64,000 bases of DNA from Amoebidium appalachense (taxonomy: Eukaryota; Protista; Ichthyosporea), in assembly GCA_963693365.1 (NCBI GenBank), contig CAVNZM010000007.1:6507962-6571961 (forward strand), read 5' to 3'. A model generated the notes under the pieces. That model was not told the origin of the DNA. It ran no database searches and saw nothing but the letters and a program-made list of their open reading frames with translations. The translations under genes and the position numbers were made by a program. Below are positions 48,972 through 64,000 of the stretch, piece by piece. Within the stretch, counting starts at the first letter, position 1, and every line of letters starts with the position of its first letter.

Positions 48972-49868
48972 CTAATCACCCAGAAACCCCCCTTGAGGCC
49001 TCTCCTTTAGTTATAGGAATAGCGATATATTGGCTATATCTGCAGTTCAAGTATATTAACGCACCAATCACACGAAACCACCGATTCCAACATTCCAGGA
49101 CTAACTGCCCAATCAGGTACTTCACAGTGAAAAGCAAAATGATCTCATCAAAAGTTCGTCAGAATTCTCTTGCAATATGCCACGAAATATGTTACTTAGA
49201 ACAAAATCCAAGTAATCGCATCATAATTGTAAAGCTTCAGTTAATTTCTCTTATCAAGTTATCCTCAGGCTATCGAACGGCGCAGCGTCTGAGAAGTACA
49301 TACAGACATCAAGTGTCGACACACGTGACGTCATCCGAAAATGTCGATTCAGATCCGGATCATGGCGACCGTCGCCGCGAATGTCACCTGCGCAGCCGAC
49401 GCAACCTAAAAACCTACGTATCGAGTCTCTTTTTGACACGCTTTACAGACTGATAACACAAACATCAACATTTTAGTGTGTTTCTGTATTACTATACTAG
49501 AAATAGTGCTTTGGGGCGATATAACGTAACGGCGCTCCAGCTGATAAGCTACTATGGTTTTGCGCGCGCCGGCGCGAGCTTGCCACAAGCAACTTTGTTG
49601 ATGCCATACTATCGGTGTGTGAATGGTGTGCCCAAATATGAACTGCATACCAGTCCAAGCGTTCAATCCGATAGGATATACATCTCCAATTTTGCCTTTA
49701 AAGGTAAAAAAACAGATTTATCCTCTGTTGATTGAATGTTTATCATGCTTTCTTGCCGCTCCGCCGTGCATTCCAGTCGACTGACGTACAGATCCACACT
49801 TGACTACGGGAACGTGTTAAGCCAGTTTTGTTAGCCCATTAATATAAGGAAACAGGGAAGGATGGTCC

Positions 49869-49899
<31 letters not shown>

Positions 49900-51389
49900 A
49901 TATATATATATATATAGCTTTTCCGAGTAACATATACTAGGCATGCTTAATAACTAATGAGAGCCTCCGACCTAGCCAAGTGGGCCAGCGCATTTGCCGA
50001 AGCTCGAGGATTCATCGTTCGGGTGCACGTGCGTGCGCACCGACCTCCGAAAATACTTTGCCCGCGCATAAGACCTTTCACAACAATTCGTCCTTGTTAG
50101 CTTAAGCACTTTGTGCTTATAAATAATAATTGTGAAGCAAGTAAAAAGTTAAACACTTGAAAAATATACAAAATTAGATAGTCTTGAACATAACTTTTTA
50201 TCCACTATTAGTAATCCTTGGGCTTTTTGATTCAAAGAGCGATAGTTGATTGCTTTCATCTTATGCGTGGCTCGTTCTATGGGACCATACCTCATGGACA
50301 CAAAGTCACAAAAGTCACAAACGAGCCTTAATTGAACTTGGTTTTTTCCCTTCGTTCGTCAAGTCATGTATGTGCTGGCACAGCACCTGTTTATATAACT
50401 TCTAGCCTCAACTATAGCCAGAGGAGACGTAATCATACACACACAATCCCACCGTTTTAGTGTTTCATAAACCTCGTAAGTTCATATGGACAGTCCAACT
50501 CGCATTGGTTATGTTTGTTGTTCTTCAATGATGTTCGACAAATTTCGGTTGGCAGACAGTCGCAGTTTTTCTTTCTAATTATCCATACATGCAAATGCGC
50601 ATCATTCCACCTTCTCCTTCTCTCAAACACCAGAACCATCCAGTAGAAGCACCATTTTTCCATCTCGACCACACCACCTGGGAGGCCATGAGCCCTCGGT
50701 GTGTGTGGGCCCCTCGGGCTTAAATGTTTTCGCAGCTGAAGGGGAGGAGCGGGGCACCGAGGCAGTCACCGGGTCAGTTTAAGGCAAAGAATACGACACA
50801 GAATAAAGCTTCCGCCTTATCGCCAAACACATCACTAGCAACAAAAACAACCACCAGTCTGGACGAGATATATATTGGTTTGGACGGAACACCTGCTCGC
50901 TCAGGGTACATGCCTCCTCCCCCCGGCATCCTAACCTCTGTCCTTTAAAAGCTTAAAATGGGAAAGAACGTCAAAGAAACAATAATGGGCAAAGTTTCGA
51001 ACAGTGTGTCTCGTAGTGAAGCCTGAAGACCTCGGAGCTGCACAACGTTATGATAACGTGACAAGGCGGTTGGAAGTTCAGATTCAGCTTGAATTGTGAC
51101 ATTGAGCAGAAGAAGAATTCGGTTAAGCAGAGTTTCACCCATGCCTCGTGCCGTGGAGTACTTGACAGTTCTGTGTTCCTAGCACTGTGACATCATCACT
51201 CGTGACCTTGTACTTTGGAGAAGTTAATGTGTTACGATTATAATCTAAATACGACATGTCGTGTGTTCTTCGGTGTTATGGCTTCTTCCCCCGTTAAAAC
51301 TCTTGTGCTACCACTCTTGCAGACAACCCATCTAACCCATACATGCTTGACAATGTGTCCGGCCCCACGCTTTATATATATCTCCAAAA

Positions 51390-51465
<76 letters not shown>

Positions 51466-51467
51466 GT

Positions 51468-51512
<45 letters not shown>

Positions 51513-51585
51513 CATCATCACCATCACCATCACCATCACCATCACCACCCCATCACCATCACCTGTGATGCACCCAATGATACAG

Positions 51586-52482
51586 TAAGGAACTCAAGCT
51601 ATTTCAAAATTTTCTTGCCGCCGAATTTGCACAAGAAAACCTCAATTTTCTCTGCCGTGTCAGTGCGTACAGCAAGACCCCCTCTGCCTCTGTTCGTGAT
51701 TTTATCATCGACACTTACGTGCGAAATGGATCCCCACACCAGGTATGCTCCTGTTACCACCCGTCCCCATGCCTGGTAGAATGTTGTGTACTTTTTACAA
51801 TATATTGCACCTTCTGTAGGTTATGGCACCCTTAAGTTACACCTGTTATTACGGGTTTCCGCCACCCTGGAAACTTTTCATTCTACAGTTATATAAGATT
51901 ATTCAGGTTCCCCGGCACTGACAAGCTTTGTGTGTCCCCCCCCCCCCCCCCCCCCCCCAAAAAAAAATAAAATAAAAAAATCATGCATTCATTTTTTTAA
52001 TTTATGGTGTGTGCTTGTATTGCATACCCGTAAAATAATCATTACAGATACCCTCTACGAACAATAAGAACCCCTGCCAATAAGATTTCCCCCCGGCAAA
52101 ATCAGTTTTTAAGATTCTGTCCCCCAGCTAGTTTTTGGGATGATCTTATTGGTGGACGGATGGATAAATCATGCTGGATGGGCCCCGCCATTAAGATTCT
52201 GACCCCGACCCCCCAAAGAATTTAAGATTCCGCCTCTCGGCCACATTTTGGGGGGGTTCTTATTTGCGGACGGTATCTGTATTAACAGCTTGGCTCTGCA
52301 CACCAATGTGTGAAATTGTGCAGTGTTTCTCTTCGTCAGTTAACGTTGCACTTTGCAATATCTGTTGCATAGACCCTTCCCACCCCCAGTCCCCACCCCA
52401 CACCCCCTCCCCGCCCCCCGTGTTTTTGGTCACTGCGACGGTGATTCAGTAGCTGCTACGGTCGGACTGTTTTGCCTGGTTG

Positions 52483-52571
<89 letters not shown>

Positions 52572-52842
52572 CGGGGTAAAGACCATAAAAACATAACAGC
52601 AGTCTCCGTGTGATGCACTGCAAATCAAAGGTACCACGGTTGTTTCTGTGACCCCATCCAAGAGGAACCATTTTATGTTTTCTCGAGTTCCCAACTTATA
52701 GTATCCGATGCTATTATCTGATTGGACAATCCCTAATAGGTTAATCTGTCCGATGACATGCGACAACAGCTTCAAAATAGCGCCCGCCAGGAGGAGGTCG
52801 ACCCACACATGTTTGAGGTTGCAGCACACCACATTGCGGTAT

Positions 52843-52887
<45 letters not shown>

Positions 52888-53395
52888 AAAAAAAAGTTTT
52901 CAATGTGCGATGATACTCTTTATGTGTGTTTTGTGAATAAACCCCCGTTCCCTTCCCCCCCAAAAGAAAATTGCAGTGTGCACACTCGTGTGTGTTTTTG
53001 CACTCTGCGTTGTGTTGTCCGTTATGGCTGTGTACTTCGACCTCTATAATGCATTCTAAACCCCACAGAATAGCAATGTGTTACCTGTTGTCATTTTTTT
53101 TATAAGCAGTTGTTTGATTTATTCTCGAAGCACAAACAAGCGAGATGTTACAGATGAAACAAACAATTTCTGTGGCCCTTGGGCACCAAGAAAGTGACGA
53201 TTCGTATAAGCACAAAACCGTAACAAATTTCCATTGTATGTAGCTCATCCTTAACCCGCTTTCCACCGAGACCTCCTATCTTTCTCATCGATGCCTTCTG
53301 CGTGTGGTTTTCCATAGATTGGTAGAGTGAGTCCACATACATGACCCCTTTTCACGAATTAACGAATTGCCGAGTGTTTCTCACCAATTTCCTGT

Positions 53396-53430
<35 letters not shown>

Positions 53431-53469
53431 TCCCCCACCCCCTCCCCCCAGCACGCGCGCGCACACCCA

Positions 53470-53537
<68 letters not shown>

Positions 53538-53992
53538 AGGACATATTGCACAACGACAGCTATCCACGATTTCTCCATAGCCCCTATTACCAACCAATGC
53601 TACAATTCGGAGAGGAAGACGAGCTCCCCCTTTCCCCCCAGAGCACAAAGTCGGGCTGGAGAAACACCTCTACATCATCGACAATCGTTCAGCCGCCTTC
53701 GCGCCCGAGGCGAAGTGGCAGCATGTTCAAATTTCCGGGGTTTTTGTCGGCGATTCTCCCTAGTAGACCCACACCGCAAAGAAGGAAAACGTGGCCTGGG
53801 GCATTCAGAATTCCGCTTATACCGACGGCAAAGAATTTAAAGGAGGCGTCATCAAAATCCACGTCTAGAGAGGGTTCTACGTCGTCGTGGAACGAGAAGA
53901 GACGGCCGTCGATCGTAAAGAAGACCGATCACACGTTCCTTATGTACCCTGCGGGGAGGAGTTCGCCCAGGGGATCACCGCAACTCTCTTAA
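51586..53992 (+). CDS. RGS (regulator of G-protein signalling) domain protein, spliced; 5' exon uncertain (50724-50905 is phase-compatible)
   Basis: Exons 51586-51742 (KELKLFQNFLAAEFAQENLNFL...YVRNGSPHQ), 52740-52838 (VNLSDDMR...MFEVAAHHIA) and 53540-53992 (DILHNDSYPRFLHSPYYQ...) join in phase with GT-AG introns and carry the classic RGS motifs. Confidence 0.88.
52045..52279. mobile_element. TA-flanked MITE (pogo-like) in RGS intron
   Basis: Left end CAGATACCCTCTACGAACAATAAGAACCCC; right-end reverse complement CAGATACCGTCCGCAAATAAGAACCCC; TA on both sides; internal TAAGATT repeats as in the large pogo element. Confidence 0.7.
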
Positions 53993-54730
53993 CGATTAGG
54001 ATCGAGGCGCATTGGTCGGAGACGATGGTGTGTGAGCCTCGACGCAGGCCTAAAAACCGATTTTTTCCCCTCGAAATTTGTGACGTCGATGCGGGGGTTT
54101 TCTTCATTGTGTAATTTGGTTTGCTTTCTTTTCGTGCTCCTGTTTGTATCTGATTCCAAGTGTGTATGACTTCGAAGGCATGTGATTTAGGTTTTTTCTC
54201 GAAGATTCTGATGTACAGTTAAATGGCTTTGTATGTTTGTTGCGGTGGCAGAGTAAACTTGAGTGCCCCTACCCGCTTAAATTCTTCACATACTATCTCG
54301 ATTGTGCAAATTTGCAAATTACATATTTACTTAGAAGGTTAAATTGTGCTGGCTGCATAGCCTATACGGTGTAGGCTAGATGTCGTATGTTGGCGCTTTA
54401 CCATCGTATGTACCTTTTCAGAGCAGAGGGTGCTGTGAACATAGATAGGTACAGTTATGACGAATTTCGCGTGTAAACCCCCACCCTCGTTTTTCTTTTC
54501 TTTTCTTCTCTCTTTTTTTTTCTTTTACCCTCCCCCCCCCCCCCCCCCCCCCCCCCCTGGACTTATACCAAGAAGGCGAAGGAGATTCGAGAGTGTGAAA
54601 TAGTTTTCCAACATAGATTAAGTGTACAGAACGAAGGGCTATTTGCTTATTGTAGAGAGGGCTAGAAAATGATAACGGTTGTGTTGGTTTCTGCCATTCT
54701 TAATGACGGTGTACCAGCGTGTTGTATGAC

Positions 54731-54766
<36 letters not shown>

Positions 54767-56444
54767 CGTGAGTCGTGTTGTGTCCTGTGTGAGAGAGGGC
54801 CGTTAGTGCACATATGCACATGCACACGTGTGGTGGTTTCGTTCTACTTTTGTGGAACAGAAAGGACCCTCTTGTTGCCGAATCATTGCATAGCACTGGA
54901 TGCTCTAGGCTTGGGGAAATGTACGAGATAAACCAAATTCGGACACATGTGTAAGACGTCATCAAGAATTGATAAGGCCGTAAGCCTGGGCTTACTGGCA
55001 CAAATGTGTTTAAACACTTGCCAAATTAAAACAAATCGTCAAATGGTGTCCCTTAAAGGGGGTTTCTTTTTTGGCCGACTAAATAGCCGCATTCCAGCAC
55101 ATCCGGGTCAAGCCATATAAATCAAAATTATGAACGGCGATCTTCATCCTAACGTTGGTTATTCTTCTTCCCTTTTTCTTTCTTTTTTTTTTCTCCTTTC
55201 CTTTTTTTTTTTGTTGTTGTATCGTGGCACATCTGTGCCTTGCTGCAGGCAAAAAACGTATGATACTGGGACCGGCTCTGATGCGCTGCAGGCCAATCAC
55301 ATATAGCTAGAAACCCCTCTGACCCGACCCGACCCGGAAACCTAAAAGAAACCCCCTCAATCGATGGCTATGATGGGATTTCCAGTGATCACGTGAAAAT
55401 GCCGGCCTTTCGTACCTGGCATTCGTTTTTATTGCCGCACTACCCAAAATGGCCATCCCATATATGGAACTTTTGGAACCAACTAAGCTTTATGCATGTT
55501 GTTCGAATTACGACCGCAAGTGTGCGGCAGCCGTGACTTTTCCATGACTCATTAAATAATTGCAATTTTAAAGGCCGACCCAGACCTGATCAACCGTTAA
55601 TATTCATTATCCCTTTTGTTTTTTGTTTTGTTTTCTTTTCTTTTCTTTTCTTTCTTTTTTTTGTGTGCCACGGTGTGTGTCACCCCGGGGGAAAGGGGGG
55701 GGGGGGGGGGGATGGGGGGGGAGGGGCACGGGAGCTCCAGGTGACGGCCAACAAGAAAAGGGCTGTTACAAATGTGGGCGTGTGCGTGTTTTGGCATATT
55801 GTGTGTGTGTTTGTGTGTGTGTGTGGGGGGGGGGGGGGGGGGGGGGGAAGGCGGGGGGACGGTGAGGGTGTGGGGGGGGGGGGAGGCGAGGGGGATGGGG
55901 GGAGGGGGGGGGGTAATGGCCCGGAGGGGGGGGAGGGGGGGGGGGGGGGGGGGTGGGGGGAGGGGGGAGGGTAATGGCCGGGGGGGGGAGGGGGGAGGGG
56001 GGAGGGGGAGGGGGAGTCTGGCTGCTGGTGGTAGCAGAGGGGCGTCCGGAGTAGCTCAGTCGATATATTGGGTAATCCTGATACCCCCCCCCCCCCCCCC
56101 CCCCCTCCCCCCTCCCCCGAATTCCTCCCTCCCCCCCCTCCCCCCCCCCCAGTGCCCCCACCCACCCCCTCCCCGATTTCCAGCTGCAGAAGCTGCTTCT
56201 ACCCCAATCCCCCCCCCCCCCCCCCCCCCCGCCAAAAAAAAAAAGAGAGAGGGGGGAGAGAGAGAGGGGGGGGGGGGGGGGGGGAGGGAGAGGGAGAGGG
56301 AGAGGGAGAGGGAGAGGGAGAGGGAGAGGGAGAGGGAGAGGGAGAAGGAGGGAGAGAGAGAGGGAGAGGGAGAGTGAGAGGGAGAGTGAGAGGGAGGGAG
56401 AGAGAGAGGGAGAGGGAGAGGGAGAGGGAGAGGGAGGGAGGGAG

Positions 56445-56488
<44 letters not shown>

Positions 56489-56570
56489 GGGGGGGGGGGG
56501 GGACTCTAGAGAGAGAAAGAGAGAGAGTGCTTTAGAGAGAGAGAGAGAGCTCTAGAGAGCTCTAGAGAGA

Positions 56571-56627
<57 letters not shown>

Positions 56628-56763
56628 AGGGAGAGAGAATATAGTGCATGCAGTATGATTGTTTTCGTTGTGTAATGTGAATTTCTATCCCGCAGTGTAT
56701 TCCGAAACCCTCTCTCTCTCCCTCCTCCCCCCCCCCTCTCTGCACGTGCACACGCATACACGT

Positions 56764-56803
<40 letters not shown>

Positions 56804-56903
56804 ACATACACACAAAAAAAAACAACCCGGGCACGCACACACACACACACACACACACACGTTGGACTTACACACAAACACGCACAAACACACACAAAAA
56901 CAA

Positions 56904-56945
<42 letters not shown>

Positions 56946-56987
56946 GACAGACAGACAGAGAGACACACACACACTTCCACACACTTC

Positions 56988-57019
<32 letters not shown>

Positions 57020-58026
57020 AAACACACACACACACACACACCGTGTGACACACACACCACACAAAAACACGCCCGCATTCACACAATGTGGTTGCTGTTA
57101 ATGCAACACATTACAAACACTGTGTATACGTGGGTACCTCTAGATGACAACACCAAATAATAAGTTCTATTTCGACATTTCCTTGGCACGACGCCAGGCA
57201 ATGACGTCATCGAATGGCTCGCAGCCGGTCGATACTGACAAAATCGAGTGCGTTGATTGGTTTTTACCAGACATGGGATGTCCATGTTTAGAAGAAAAAA
57301 AAAAACCATACAAAGAGAATCCTACACATTCCGTTGAGAAATGTCGACATAGTCGTTAACCCTGCAACATAAATAATATAGGCTGTGCCCTCCAGCTGCG
57401 GTCGTAAGAAAGAACGTATTTCGAGACATCCTGATTATTCCTTAGGCAAAAAAAACGAGTGGCACGTGTACACCTGCTTCGGAATCCACAACACATTCTG
57501 CGTTCGGGTATTTGATCCCAGACCCATGAAAACTAAGGGTTAACCACGGATTTTGAAAACATTATTCAGCAATTCCAATTCTGATTTATTCAGTATTCTG
57601 CAATTCCGATTTGAGTCTACTGGTAGCTGGGGAGCGGACCCGCCGCGACATACACACCACAAAGTGCATCAATTGTATATCTCAAATTTTACATTAACTA
57701 TTTCAATTTAGCAGCCCAGCAGACAAAACTCTTGCAGGTCGGGCCGGCTGTTGACACTTCCTCCACAGCACGCATGTGCACATGTTTATGATATAACAAA
57801 AGTTTTAATTATCAAGATATCATATAATTGGTCAGGTCACCGACACGTATGGCTTGCAATCCATCATGGCAAATATGATCGCAAGTTTTCACACCTTAAA
57901 GCGGTTTTAAGACATCACATGATTGGCTTCCGTACCCGATACATACAGCTTGCCAGCCACCATGGCAGACACAAGCACAAGTTTAATTTTAGCAGTGTCT
58001 AAAATTTATGGATATCATACGATTGG

Positions 58027-63246
<5,220 letters not shown>

Positions 63247-63397
63247 CTGGAGAAGTGACCCGTGATTAAGCATATCTCCTGCTATGACCTGTGTGTGTGG
63301 GATATATTTGTGAGGGTTTTATTATTTTATTATATATATATATATATCTCTGTGTGTGTGTGTGTGTGTGTGTGTGTATTGCAAACACACACGCGCG

Positions 63398-63456
<59 letters not shown>

Positions 63457-63572
63457 TTCTTCTGAATGATTTTTTTCAACCGATGGAGGTGTAAGTATGC
63501 ACGGCAGACTGAGGAAGCAATAGGAAAAAACTTAACGTGTTAGCCGTTATCAAGTGCATCCCATCCCCCCCT

Positions 63573-63605
<33 letters not shown>

Positions 63606-64000
63606 TCACCACCAGCACACACTCTTTTTCCCTGGCCAACACACCCACTCACCCACCCACTCTCACCTCTTTCTCCGGCCCACACACGCATGCACAAACT
63701 GATGCCCCCCCCCCCCCCCCCCTCCCCCCCTCCCCAACAAGTCTCCCCCCAACCGATCCTCAAACACGCGTCTTATTCCACCCTGCCCACTTCCCCCATT
63801 CCACCCACACCCACCCCACCACATATATTCACAAACCCCCACACCCCTACCCCCACCCATACCCACACACCGGCCCGTGCCACCCCTCCCCCTCCCCCCC
63901 CCCCCCCCCCCTCCCCCCCACATACCCACCCAGCCTCCTCCTCCCCCCCCCCCCCCCACCACCCTTCCCCCCTCCCCATCCACCCCCCTCTCCCCCACAC

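Overview
Eukaryotic, intron-rich, microsatellite- and poly-G/C-rich DNA. The tRNAiMet sequence and the bZIP/RGS genes suggest an opisthokont, possibly a unicellular holozoan (inference only). I reconstructed four spliced host genes by hand: mitochondrial ribosomal protein bL27 (minus, runs off the left edge), an AP-1/ATF-type bZIP factor (minus), an RGS-domain protein (plus) and a probable class I SAM methyltransferase (minus, 5' end not found). Between the bZIP and RGS genes lies a ~37 kb nested transposon island. It holds a tRNA-carrying TRIM; a pogo-type DNA transposon containing a chromodomain Gypsy and a Copia; a non-autonomous Gypsy-like element interrupted by a solo LTR; a second chromodomain Gypsy; and a truncated DIRS/Ngaro element. 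Most notable: (1) two LTR elements with unrelated LTRs have primer-binding sites complementary to the extreme 5' end (nt 1-16 and 1-12) of a tRNA, suggesting priming by a 5' tRNA fragment; (2) the TRIM LTRs each carry a folded tRNA with a Pol III terminator; (3) a reverse-transcribed copy of the half-tRNAiMet primer is preserved at the Copia 3' end; (4) a covarying structured-RNA-like repeat sits in the sense strand of introns of two unrelated genes; (5) there are 28-37 bp TIR elements with 8-bp TSDs. Most ORFs in the supplied track are microsatellite artefacts.
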